This document shows positions 16,524-25,622 of a stretch of 27,307 nt of DNA, one piece after another (within the stretch, counting starts at the first letter, position 1; each line of letters opens with the position of its first letter). The notes beneath the pieces were generated by a model. The model was not told the origin of the DNA. It ran no database searches and saw nothing but the letters and a program-made list of their open reading frames with translations. A program made the translations under genes and the position numbers. The stretch is from an uncultured Phycisphaerae bacterium. GTDB lineage: Bacteria; Planctomycetota; Phycisphaerae; Sedimentisphaerales; Anaerohalosphaeraceae. Where the stretch lies: assembly GCA_965369915.1 (NCBI GenBank), contig CBDUSK010000001.1, forward strand, positions 1 to 27,307. Direction: 5' to 3'.

Positions 16524-17501
16524 ATGAAAGTTTTAGTAACGGGAGCCGGGGGCTTTATCGGTTCCCATCTTGTCGAGACACTTATCGAGCGAGGGTATGC
16601 GGTAAGAGCGTTTGTGAAATACAATTCCAGGAACGATTGGGGTTGGCTGGAGCAGATACAGGCTAAAAATAAAATTGAAGTAGTTTCTGGAAATATCCGC
16701 GATTATGATTTTGTATCGGATTCTATAAAGGGATGCGATGGGGTTTTTCATTTAGCAGCCCTTATAGGCATTCCGTATTCATATGTTTCGCCTCTTGCCT
16801 ATATCCAAACAAACATTGTTGGAACCTATAACATTCTCCAGGCTTCTAAGGAACACCAATTAGATAATATTCTTATTACATCTACGAGTGAGACTTATGG
16901 TACCGCACAATATGTTCCTATTGACGAAAGCCATCCAAAAGTCGGTCAGTCGCCTTATTCTGCTACAAAGATATCTGCAGATCAGTTGGCTATCAGCTAT
17001 CACAGGGCGTATGGGTTACCTGTAAAGATTGTCAGGCCCTTTAATACTTACGGCCCCCGCCAATCTGCCAGAGCTATCATTCCAACTATCATTACACAGC
17101 TTTTATCCGGCAAAAAAGAAATAGAACTCGGCGATTTATCTCCCACGCGGGATTTGCTGTTCGTAAAGGACACTGCCAATGGTTTTATAGAAATAGCTGA
17201 ATCTTCTAAGACAGCGGGGGAAGAAATAAATATAGCGACTCAGAGCGAAATATCGATGGGCGATTTAGCCCAAAAGTTAGTTAATATGATCAACCCGAAA
17301 GCGGCAGTAATCAAAGATGCCAAAAGAATTCGGCCCGAAAACAGCGAAGTCGAAAGATTGCTGGGGAGCAACGAGAAGATAAAAAACCTAACTAACTGGC
17401 AACAAAAATATGATCTTGATAAAGGCTTAAGCGAAACCGTGGAGTGGTTCAAAAACAATAAGACCTTGAAGTTGTATAAGCCGGATATTTATAATGTGTA
17501 G
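16524..17501 (+). CDS. legB: LegB-type NAD-dependent NDP-GlcNAc 4,6-dehydratase (extended SDR)
   Basis: TGAGGFIGSHL, YNSRNDWGWL, FHLAALIGIPYSY, STSETYGTA, YSATK, RPFNTYGPRQSARA. Confidence 0.85.
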   Translation: MKVLVTGAGGFIGSHLVETLIERGYAVRAFVKYNSRNDWGWLEQIQAKNKIEVVSGNIRDYDFVSDSIKGCDGVFHLAALIGIPYSYVSPLAYIQTNIVGTYNILQASKEHQLDNILITSTSETYGTAQYVPIDESHPKVGQSPYSATKISADQLAISYHRAYGLPVKIVRPFNTYGPRQSARAIIPTIITQLLSGKKEIELGDLSPTRDLLFVKDTANGFIEIAESSKTAGEEINIATQSEISMGDLAQKLVNMINPKAAVIKDAKRIRPENSEVERLLGSNEKIKNLTNWQQKYDLDKGLSETVEWFKNNKTLKLYKPDIYNV

Positions 17502-18600
17502 GAACATATTCTTGGATGCCCCTAATGTAGGGGGGCTGGAAAAGGAATACCTTAACAAGGCTATCGATACCGGTTTTGTGTCCACTGTAGGACCATTTGT
17601 TCCGGAATTTGAGGAAAAACTGGCTGAATTCTTAGGTGTCGAAAAAGCCGTTTCGACACAAAGCGGAACCGCGGCACTGCACACCTCACTTTATGAATTA
17701 GGTATTGAAGAGGGAGACGAAGTAATTGTGCCGGCTCTTACGTTCGTGGCTACTGTGAACCCAATACTTTATGTTGGAGCAAAACCGATTTTTGTAGACG
17801 TAGATATTAAAAGCTGGAACATTGATCCTGGAGAAATCCAAAAGCATATTACCAAAAATACTAAAGCTATAATACCTGTTCATCTGTTTGGAAATCCTTG
17901 TGATATGGATGTGATAATGGATATTGCCCGAAAACACGAGCTATATGTTATAGAAGATGCAACGGAAAGTTTGGGGGCTAAATATAAAGGCAAATATACC
18001 GGAACTTTTGGAGATCTAGGTTGTTTAAGTTTTAACGGCAATAAAATCATTACCACCGGCGGAGGCGGCATGATAGTGGGCAGTGACCCGAAAAGACTGG
18101 ATCATGTGAAATTTCTTGTAAATCAGGCAAGGGATGAGTCCAAGGGCTATTTCCATCCAGAGATGGGCTTTAATTACAGGATGACGAACATAGAGGCTGC
18201 TATGGGACTTGCTCAAATGGAAAAGCTCGATGGCTTTTTAGACAAAAAAAGGACTTTCAACAAAATCTATAAGGAAGAGTTAAATGATTTGGGATCTATT
18301 TCTTTTCAGGCCGAATGCGAAGGCGCAGAAAGCTGCTGGTGGCTGACTTGTATTGTTTTTGAAAACGAAATGGGCATAGCCGGGCTGCAAGGAAAATTAA
18401 AAACATATGGAATTCCTACTCGAAGGGTATTTGTGCCTGCAACGGACTTTCCTCCATATAAAGATTACAAAGAAGCTGAACTTGCAAATTCTTTTTCTAT
18501 TTACGAAAGAGGATTATGTTTGCCGTGTTCAACACGGAATTCTGAAGACGATATATATTATGTTTGCGAAAAATTCAAAAAACTGGTTAGCAAGAATTGA
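17494..18600 (+). CDS. legC: LegC-type PLP-dependent sugar aminotransferase (DegT/DnrJ family)
   Basis: GFVSTVGPFV, TFVATVN, IEDATESLG, SFNGNKIITTGGGG (PLP Lys), GFNYRMTNIEAA. Overlaps legB by 8 nt. Confidence 0.85.
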   Translation: MCRNIFLDAPNVGGLEKEYLNKAIDTGFVSTVGPFVPEFEEKLAEFLGVEKAVSTQSGTAALHTSLYELGIEEGDEVIVPALTFVATVNPILYVGAKPIFVDVDIKSWNIDPGEIQKHITKNTKAIIPVHLFGNPCDMDVIMDIARKHELYVIEDATESLGAKYKGKYTGTFGDLGCLSFNGNKIITTGGGGMIVGSDPKRLDHVKFLVNQARDESKGYFHPEMGFNYRMTNIEAAMGLAQMEKLDGFLDKKRTFNKIYKEELNDLGSISFQAECEGAESCWWLTCIVFENEMGIAGLQGKLKTYGIPTRRVFVPATDFPPYKDYKEAELANSFSIYERGLCLPCSTRNSEDDIYYVCEKFKKLVSKN

Positions 18601-18602
18601 TT

Positions 18603-19238
18603 ATGAAGAAGAATATTATTTTAATCGGCGGCGGCGGACACTGTAAGTCATGCATAGACGTGATAGAATCAGGGGATGAATTTAAAGTAGTGGGCATAGT
18701 TGACAAAAAAGAGAAAATGTCCCTGAAAGTATCGGGCCACGAGATCATAGCCTGCGACGAAGATTTACCTGAATTAGTCAAGGAATATGAATATTATCTA
18801 ATAACGATCGGACAAATAAAAAGTGCCTTCAAAAGAGTTAAGAAATTCGAATTCATAAAAGAATTAGGGGGAAAGTTTCCGACAATCATATCTCCTTTAT
18901 CATACATTTCGAAGTCAGCTGTTGTTGGAGAAGGAACTATTGTAATGCACAATGCCATTATAAACACCGAGGCATGTGTAGGGAAAAACTGCATAATCAA
19001 TACAGCGGCTATCATTGAACATGAATCGCGAATTATGGACCATTGCCATATATCAACGGGTGTTGTCATAAATGGAGAAAACTTCATAGGCGAGAGCACT
19101 TTTATTGGAAGCAACAGTGTTACCGCAAACAATATTACCATAGAAAGCAATACGGTGCTTGGTGCGGGTTCTTTTGTCAGTAGATCACTCGAAGAAAGCG
19201 GAACTTATGCCGGAAACCCGGCGAGAAAAATTGGATAA
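18603..19238 (+). CDS. PglD/NeuD-family hexapeptide acetyltransferase, probable amino-sugar N-acetyltransferase (alternative TTG start 18597)
   Basis: LIGGGGHCKSC, LITIGQI, left-handed beta-helix repeats with IIEHE, YAGNPA. Confidence 0.85.
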   Translation: MKKNIILIGGGGHCKSCIDVIESGDEFKVVGIVDKKEKMSLKVSGHEIIACDEDLPELVKEYEYYLITIGQIKSAFKRVKKFEFIKELGGKFPTIISPLSYISKSAVVGEGTIVMHNAIINTEACVGKNCIINTAAIIEHESRIMDHCHISTGVVINGENFIGESTFIGSNSVTANNITIESNTVLGAGSFVSRSLEESGTYAGNPARKIG

Positions 19239-19240
19239 GC

Positions 19241-20245
19241 ATGAGTAAGACCTTTATTATAGCTGAGGCCGGAGTTAATCATAACGGCAGTATTGAGTTG
19301 GCCACCCGGCTTATTGATGTTGCGGTTGATGCCGGTGCTGATGCGGTAAAATTTCAAACTTTTAAAGCAGAAAACATTATAAGTAAACACGCGCCAAAGG
19401 CAGATTATCAGCAGGAAACAACAGACAAGGGCGAATCCCAGCTTGAAATGGTCAGAAAGCTGGAACTTGGTGAAGCTGAGCATAAAACGCTGATAGAACA
19501 TTGCAAAGAAAAAGGCATTATGTTCATGTCGGCGCCTTTTGATCTGGAAAGCATAGACCTACTTTCCGAACTTGGACTTGAAATCATGAAAATTCCTTCC
19601 GGAGAAATAACGAATTTACCTTATTTAAGAAAAATCGGTAGTTTGGGTAAACGTATTATTATGTCTACAGGGATGGCAGATTTAAAGGAAATAGAGGATG
19701 CACTTAATATTTTACTGCAATCCGAAACAGATAGAACCAATATAACAATACTACATTGCAATACCGAATATCCTACACCTTTTGAGGACGTGAATTTGTC
19801 GGCTATGCTTACTATCAAAGATGCGTTGAATGTGAACGTGGGCTACTCCGACCATACGCTTGGAATAGAAGTGGCAATTGCAGCAGCGGCTTTGGGAGCC
19901 GACGTGATCGAGAAACATTTTACTCTCGATAAGACTCTGCCTGGACCGGACCACAAGGCGTCTTTGGAGCCGGGTGAACTTAAAGCCATGGTCCAGGCGA
20001 TAAGAAATATTGAAAGATCACTTGGAGACGGGATAAAAAAACCAAGTTCCAGCGAGATAAAAAATATAGCGGTTGCACGGAAGAGTATAGTTGCCAAAAA
20101 ATGCATCAATAAAGGTGAAGTATTTACTACTGACAACATTACAAGTAAGCGGCCGGGGACGGGAGTTAACCCAATGGAATGGGATAACGTAATAGGAAAG
20201 GCAGCGAAAGGAGATTTCGCAGAAGACGAGATGATAGAATTATGA
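19241..20245 (+). CDS. neuB: Canonical NeuB-family nonulosonic acid synthase, probably N,N'-diacetyllegionaminate synthase (LegI)
   Basis: IIAEAGVNHNG, AVKFQ, KIPSGE, MSTG, HCNTEYPT, GYSDHT, IEKHFT, GPDH, C-terminal SAF domain with KRPG. Confidence 0.92.
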   Translation: MSKTFIIAEAGVNHNGSIELATRLIDVAVDAGADAVKFQTFKAENIISKHAPKADYQQETTDKGESQLEMVRKLELGEAEHKTLIEHCKEKGIMFMSAPFDLESIDLLSELGLEIMKIPSGEITNLPYLRKIGSLGKRIIMSTGMADLKEIEDALNILLQSETDRTNITILHCNTEYPTPFEDVNLSAMLTIKDALNVNVGYSDHTLGIEVAIAAAALGADVIEKHFTLDKTLPGPDHKASLEPGELKAMVQAIRNIERSLGDGIKKPSSSEIKNIAVARKSIVAKKCINKGEVFTTDNITSKRPGTGVNPMEWDNVIGKAAKGDFAEDEMIEL

Positions 20246-21429
20246 AAAGAAAGATTTGCATTGTTACCGGCTCAAGAGCAGAGTATGGCCTTTTAAGGCC
20301 TCTGCTTAAAGAGGTAAGTGTAGATCCCGAGTTGACACTTCAGCTTGTGGTAACGGGAATGCATCTTTCAGAAGAATTTGGTTCGACATACAAAGAAATA
20401 GAAAGCGACGGTTTTAACATTGATGAAAAGATTGACATAGGACTCCATTCAGACACACCTACTGGAATTGCTGAGTCCATGGGATTGGCTATGAGTGGAT
20501 TTGCCAAGGCATATGATCGTGTCCGGCCGGACATCGTTGTTGTTTTAGGTGATCGATTCGAGATTTTTATTGCCGCCGCCGCCGCTACAGTAAGCAGGTG
20601 CCATATTGCACATCTCCACGGGGGAGAGCGTACCGAGGGTGTTATTGATGAAGTGTTTCGTCATTCCATTACAAAAATGAGCCACCTGCACTTTACTTCT
20701 ACACAAGAGTATCACAGGAGAGTTGTTCAATTAGGAGAAAACCCTAACAGGGTCTTTAATGTTGGCGCTATCGGGTTGGATAATATCAAGGAACTGAAAT
20801 TGTTATCCAGGAAAGAGCTGGAAAAGAAACTGAATTATAAGTTCGGCAGCAAAAACCTACTGGTAACTTTCCACCCCGTTACGTTGGAAGATAATACTTC
20901 AGGAGAACAATTTCAAATTTTACTTGATGTCTTAAATGGTTTAAAGGACACAAATATTATTTTTACGAAATCAAATGCTGATACGGGAGGAAGAGCGATC
21001 AACAACATGATCGATGAGTACACGTTAAACAACTCTGAAAACACCCTGTATTTTACTTCCATGGGCCAGCTTTTATATTTGTCGACATTGCAGTTTGTTG
21101 ATGCGATGGTAGGAAACTCGTCGAGTGGTATCATAGAGGCTCCGAGCTTTAAGATCGGAACAATTAATATTGGAGATCGGCAGAAGGGAAGGATAAAGGC
21201 TGAAAGTATAATAAATTGCCAGCCGTTAAAGGATGATATTAACAAGGCTTTTCAAAAGCTCTATTCTAAAGAATTCCAGAAAATCCTGAAAAACGTTGAA
21301 AATCCATATGGCACCGGAGGAGCGGCAAAAGAGATAAAGGAAATACTGAAAAAATATGATCTGTGCGATGTTTTAAAGAAAAACTTCTATGATATAAATT
21401 TTGATATAGGAGATATTGATGTTGCTTAA
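20242..21429 (+). CDS. neuC: Hydrolysing NDP-diNAc-bacillosamine / UDP-GlcNAc 2-epimerase (NeuC/LegG)
   Basis: KICIVTGSRAEYG, TGMHLS, VLGDRFE, HLHGGE, RHSITKMSH, VTFHPVT, GNSSSG, RQKGR, NPYG. ATGA overlap with neuB. Confidence 0.92.
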   Translation: MKRKICIVTGSRAEYGLLRPLLKEVSVDPELTLQLVVTGMHLSEEFGSTYKEIESDGFNIDEKIDIGLHSDTPTGIAESMGLAMSGFAKAYDRVRPDIVVVLGDRFEIFIAAAAATVSRCHIAHLHGGERTEGVIDEVFRHSITKMSHLHFTSTQEYHRRVVQLGENPNRVFNVGAIGLDNIKELKLLSRKELEKKLNYKFGSKNLLVTFHPVTLEDNTSGEQFQILLDVLNGLKDTNIIFTKSNADTGGRAINNMIDEYTLNNSENTLYFTSMGQLLYLSTLQFVDAMVGNSSSGIIEAPSFKIGTINIGDRQKGRIKAESIINCQPLKDDINKAFQKLYSKEFQKILKNVENPYGTGGAAKEIKEILKKYDLCDVLKKNFYDINFDIGDIDVA

Positions 21430-22498
21430 AGATATTCTGATCCATAAGTCAGATTCTACAAAAAAAACGCTAAAAAGACTGGACAAAACAGCCGTCAAAG
21501 CTTTGCTTGTTGTAGACAAAGACAACAAACTGCTTGGAGCGATCAGCGACGGGGACATCAGACGCCATATACTAAAAGGCAATAGCCTTGAGGGCGATAT
21601 CAGCGAGATATACAACAAAAGTCCCATTTATATACGAAAAGAAGAACTCTCGATGGAATCGGTAAAAAAGCTGCTTGTCCGGTACAAGATAGAATTGATA
21701 CCGGTTTTAGACAATGAACATAAGGTTGTAGAGTATATAACATGGGACCAATTATTCCCTGAATCAGAGCAACCCCCGTTCAAAAAGAGCCGGATAGATA
21801 TTCCGGTTGTCATTATGGCCGGCGGAAAAGGATCACGCCTGGAGCCGTTTACTAAAATTCTCCCCAAGGCATTGATCCCGGTTGGCGATAAGCCTATTAT
21901 CGAAATGATTATAGATGAATTCAAACAGCAGGGAGTAGAAAAATTTTATCTGACACTAAACCACAAAAGCGAGATGATAAAAGCATACTTTAAGGGCATT
22001 GAAAAAGAGTATAAAGTAAACTATATCAAAGAAAAAACTTTTCTCGGAACAGCAGGCAGTTTGAAACTACTTGAAAACAAAATCAGCGATACTTTTATTG
22101 TTTCAAATTGTGACATTATTGTTAAAGCAAATTTTGAAAATGTACTGGCGCTCCATCAGGAACAAAAAGCCTCGTTAACGATCCTCTCTTCTGTTCAGCA
22201 TTATGAAATTCCATATGGAGTGATAAATCTTAAAGAGGGTGGGGAAGTTGCGAATATCCTTGAGAAACCGGAATATACATTTACGATTAATACCGGTGTA
22301 TATGTTCTAAATAAAGACACCTTAGATTTTATTCCGGCCGACTCACATATGGATATGACCGAGTTGATCAAGATCCTGGCCAAAAACGGTAAAAAAATTC
22401 TCACGTATCCCGTGAATGAAAAAGAATATTTAGATATTGGCCAATGGAAAGAATATAAAAAAGTCTTACAATATTTCCGTGAACAGGAAACAAAGTAA
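21419..22498 (+). CDS. CBS-domain sugar-1-phosphate nucleotidyltransferase (PtmE/LegX-like, probable GlcN-1-P guanylyltransferase)
   Basis: N-terminal CBS pair (GAISDGDIRR), MAGGKGSRLEPFTKILPKAL, LGTAGSL, SNCDI, DIGQ. ATG 21419 follows AGGAGA; alternative TTG at 21416. Confidence 0.85.
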   Translation: MLLKDILIHKSDSTKKTLKRLDKTAVKALLVVDKDNKLLGAISDGDIRRHILKGNSLEGDISEIYNKSPIYIRKEELSMESVKKLLVRYKIELIPVLDNEHKVVEYITWDQLFPESEQPPFKKSRIDIPVVIMAGGKGSRLEPFTKILPKALIPVGDKPIIEMIIDEFKQQGVEKFYLTLNHKSEMIKAYFKGIEKEYKVNYIKEKTFLGTAGSLKLLENKISDTFIVSNCDIIVKANFENVLALHQEQKASLTILSSVQHYEIPYGVINLKEGGEVANILEKPEYTFTINTGVYVLNKDTLDFIPADSHMDMTELIKILAKNGKKILTYPVNEKEYLDIGQWKEYKKVLQYFREQETK

Positions 22499-22522
22499 TT
22501 TAACAATGGCAGGGCCGTTTTC

Positions 22523-23599
22523 ATGAAGAAAAAACAGGAACCATATATTATTGGAGAAACCGCATATAATCACGAAGGAGACGCTGGCTACTTGTATAAA
22601 ATGATAGAGGAGATAGTCGAAATCGGATTAAATGCGGTAAAGTTTCATTTGTTATTGAATCCAGAAAGTTACTTACAGAAAAAACATCCCTTGATTTCCG
22701 AGATCAAAAAATGGATTTTTGATAAAAAACAGTGGGATGCAATTATTAACCATTCGAATAAAAATGGACTGGACGTAGTCACGTTATGCGATGATGTTGA
22801 GTCTTTGGAGTTTATTAATAAAAGCGGATTGGATGTATACGCTGTGGAGTTGCACGCCACCGGACTGAATGACTGGTTCTTGCTTGAAGAAGCGACGAAT
22901 TTTAACGGGCCGGTTTTTTTGGGGGTTGGCGGTTCGTCAATCGACGAAATTGCATACGCAGTGGATTTTCTGAAAAGCAGGCAGAAGAGTAAGATTGTTT
23001 TGATGTACGGGTTCCAGAACTATCCGACTGATTACGCTAACATTAATCTTTCCAAAATGCTCAAGATGGCTAACTTATTCGATCTGCCCGTAGGATATGC
23101 GGACCACACGGCATTTGATGATTCAAACAACGAAGTTGTCAGCACTATGGCTGCGATGATGGGCTTTAATATTTTAGAAAAACACTACACACCGGATTTC
23201 GGTAAGAAACGAATAGATTATCATGCCGCAGTGGGAAAAGAACAGATGTTGAGGATAAAAGAATTGATGAAATTGGCATTGATGGTTTATGGCAACGGCG
23301 AGATAAAAATGTCGACACCTGAACTGGAATACGGCAATACGGGTCCCATGAAAAAAGCCATAGTTGCAAAAAGAAATATCAAAAGAGGAGAAAAACTTTC
23401 GCTGGAGAACCTCTGCTTTAAAAGAACCCAACAGCAAAGCCCTTTAAAGCAGAACCAGTTTTTGCAGTTAATCGGGCTCAAAGCAGATAAAGACATTGAT
23501 GAAGATGAAATAATTGATTTCTCCAAAGTCCACTATGAGTTTAAAAAAGCCGACCTGGAAAAGTTTACATATTTAAACGATGCCGGAGAGCAGCAATGA
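22523..23599 (+). CDS. Second, strongly divergent NeuB-family protein (TIM barrel plus SAF domain)
   Basis: IIGETAYNHEG, AVKFH, NYPT, GYADHT, LEKHYT, KKAIVAKRNIKRGE, FKR. The fold is clear; several catalytic-site motifs differ from the upstream NeuB. Confidence 0.85.
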   Translation: MKKKQEPYIIGETAYNHEGDAGYLYKMIEEIVEIGLNAVKFHLLLNPESYLQKKHPLISEIKKWIFDKKQWDAIINHSNKNGLDVVTLCDDVESLEFINKSGLDVYAVELHATGLNDWFLLEEATNFNGPVFLGVGGSSIDEIAYAVDFLKSRQKSKIVLMYGFQNYPTDYANINLSKMLKMANLFDLPVGYADHTAFDDSNNEVVSTMAAMMGFNILEKHYTPDFGKKRIDYHAAVGKEQMLRIKELMKLALMVYGNGEIKMSTPELEYGNTGPMKKAIVAKRNIKRGEKLSLENLCFKRTQQQSPLKQNQFLQLIGLKADKDIDEDEIIDFSKVHYEFKKADLEKFTYLNDAGEQQ

Positions 23600-24396
23600 A
23601 GATAGGTTTTTTGATCACGGCAAGATTAAAGTCCTCAAGATTGCCCCTGAAAATACTGAAAGATCTAAACGGCAGGACGGTTACAGAAAGGATCATAGAT
23701 AGGTGCAAAGAGGTCCACGGTGTTTCGCAGATCGTTCTTTGTACTTCACCTAATCCCCAGGACAAAGCCCTGGCAGAAGTCGCCAAAAAGAATGGGATAT
23801 CATGTTTTTTAGGGGATGAGGATGATGTTCTCAAGAGGCTTTTGGATGCTTCAATTTTGCATGAGCTGGATTATTTTATTGGTATTACCGCGGACAATCC
23901 CCTGTTTTCGATTTATTATTCAAATTTAATAGCGGATATGATAAACACCGAAGGCCATGATTTTATTAAAGTGCAGGGCCTTCCGCTTGGAGCGGCCACA
24001 TACGGGATGAACGTCAAGGCTTTGGCCACGGTGTGCGAGATCAAAACCATAGTCGATACGGAGATATGGGGATATCTTATCGATCGGCCGGAAGTTTTCG
24101 ATATCAAAACGATCCAGGCCAAAGCGGCACTTAACAGGCCTGAGCTTAGGTTTACGCTGGATTATGAAGAAGACTATGAATTCTTAAACAATATCTATAC
24201 AAATGTTCCTTTTGAAAAGGTGATCAAACTGGACGATGTGATGGACTACCTGAACAAGAATCCCGAGGTAGTAAGGATAAACCAAAAGTGTGTTCAGCGA
24301 GACCTGGACCAGGAGACAAAAGATAAAATAAACGCCCTTTATCTCGAACGAACTGACGAGGTCAGAGAAATAAAAACGAGAATCTATAAAAAATGA
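23596..24396 (+). CDS. SpsF-type acylneuraminate / 3-deoxy-ulosonate cytidylyltransferase family protein
   Basis: ITARLKSSRLPLKIL, GDEDDVLKR, ITADNPL, RFTLDYEED. ATGA overlap with the upstream gene. Confidence 0.85.
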   Translation: MKIGFLITARLKSSRLPLKILKDLNGRTVTERIIDRCKEVHGVSQIVLCTSPNPQDKALAEVAKKNGISCFLGDEDDVLKRLLDASILHELDYFIGITADNPLFSIYYSNLIADMINTEGHDFIKVQGLPLGAATYGMNVKALATVCEIKTIVDTEIWGYLIDRPEVFDIKTIQAKAALNRPELRFTLDYEEDYEFLNNIYTNVPFEKVIKLDDVMDYLNKNPEVVRINQKCVQRDLDQETKDKINALYLERTDEVREIKTRIYKK

Positions 24397-25622
24397 AGCC
24401 GAAAATAGTTTTTATCCCTACACACTGGTATTTATCCAATCCTGTTTTTTTTAGTGTGGCTAAAGAATTTAGGGAGAGATTCCACACGGTTTACTTCAAT
24501 ACGAAGGACCCTGTATTTTCCAGGCACAGCGAAAAAAACATTAAAAAAGAAGAAGTTCTCGAATATTTTGACGAGTACGAGGTAATAGATGAATCGCCCC
24601 TTTTAAGCAAAAGCCGCGGTGTAATGGGAAAGATGCGTTGCTTCAAAGACCAAAAGCCCCGGCTGGAGAGGCAGTTAAAACGACTTGCACCAGATGCAAT
24701 CGTATCTACGAGCGATTCAAGCGGGTATATAAACAGGTTCTGCAATATCTGGGCGGAGAAGAAAAAGATCCCCTTCATAGTGATCCAGCCGTCTTTTATA
24801 AAGGTTAAAAGGGAAAAGAACCCGCTGAAAGAACGCATAGGATATTTGCTTTTTAACGTACTGCTGGACATGCCGTTCTGTCGAAAGCAGAAAGTTTTTG
24901 GAAATGAACGTTCGGGCAATTACCTTTTTGTATGGGGGGAGTTTTTTAAAAATTTCTACAAGGGACTTGAGGTCGAAAAGCATACTTACGTTACGGGCAA
25001 CCCGGCTTTTGACAGGATCCTGAAAACAGCATCTAACGCACACATCCCGGAAAATATAGGTGTCAATATTCCTCACGGAAAGCCGATAGTAACGATATGT
25101 ACCCAGCCGCTTGAAACGCTGCTCAGTGAAAGAGCCTGCGGACTGGTGAATGATTTCTACAGATTTGCCATCAAGGAAAATCCGGACCTGTTTTTTATTG
25201 TTAAGATCCATCCAAGAGAAAATATAGAAAAATATAACGCCATCTTAGAGGGCATAGACACAAAGAATTATATTATTGCAAAGGATGTTAACCTGTATGA
25301 AGTATTTAAGGCAACGGATCTGCAAATGTCGGTTTCGTCGTATACTTCTTTTGAAGCAGTAGTTTTCGGGATACCCATTGTTGTGATAAACCCTCAAAAC
25401 CTTGTAACGCTTCCGGACCACTTCAATAACGAGATCGAGCTGAAAGCAACTACGACAAATGAACTTAAAAAAAATCTTGTAAAGGCTCTTACCGAAGAAT
25501 ACCGGCAGGAGTTTAACGTAAAACGACAAAAATACCTTGAATCAAGGATCGGCTATCTCGACGGAAATAGCAGTGAAAGAACAGCAAAAAAAATTGAGGA
25601 TATTATTATGCTGAAAAAATGA
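24393..25622 (+). CDS. GT-B fold transferase of unassigned family, candidate nonulosonate (sialyl-type) transferase
   Basis: FVWGE, VTGNPAFD, IVKIHPRE (HP motif), SSYTSFEAVVFGIPIVVIN, DGNSSER. ATGA overlap with the cytidylyltransferase. Confidence 0.6.
   Translation: MKPKIVFIPTHWYLSNPVFFSVAKEFRERFHTVYFNTKDPVFSRHSEKNIKKEEVLEYFDEYEVIDESPLLSKSRGVMGKMRCFKDQKPRLERQLKRLAPDAIVSTSDSSGYINRFCNIWAEKKKIPFIVIQPSFIKVKREKNPLKERIGYLLFNVLLDMPFCRKQKVFGNERSGNYLFVWGEFFKNFYKGLEVEKHTYVTGNPAFDRILKTASNAHIPENIGVNIPHGKPIVTICTQPLETLLSERACGLVNDFYRFAIKENPDLFFIVKIHPRENIEKYNAILEGIDTKNYIIAKDVNLYEVFKATDLQMSVSSYTSFEAVVFGIPIVVINPQNLVTLPDHFNNEIELKATTTNELKKNLVKALTEEYRQEFNVKRQKYLESRIGYLDGNSSERTAKKIEDIIMLKK

Noticed and set aside
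24445-25593. T8 and A8 runs (24445, 25467, 25586) as phase-variation tracts in the transferase
   Set aside because: Runs of 8 A/T are common in AT-rich Lys/Phe codons, the frame is intact, and there are no long G/C tracts.
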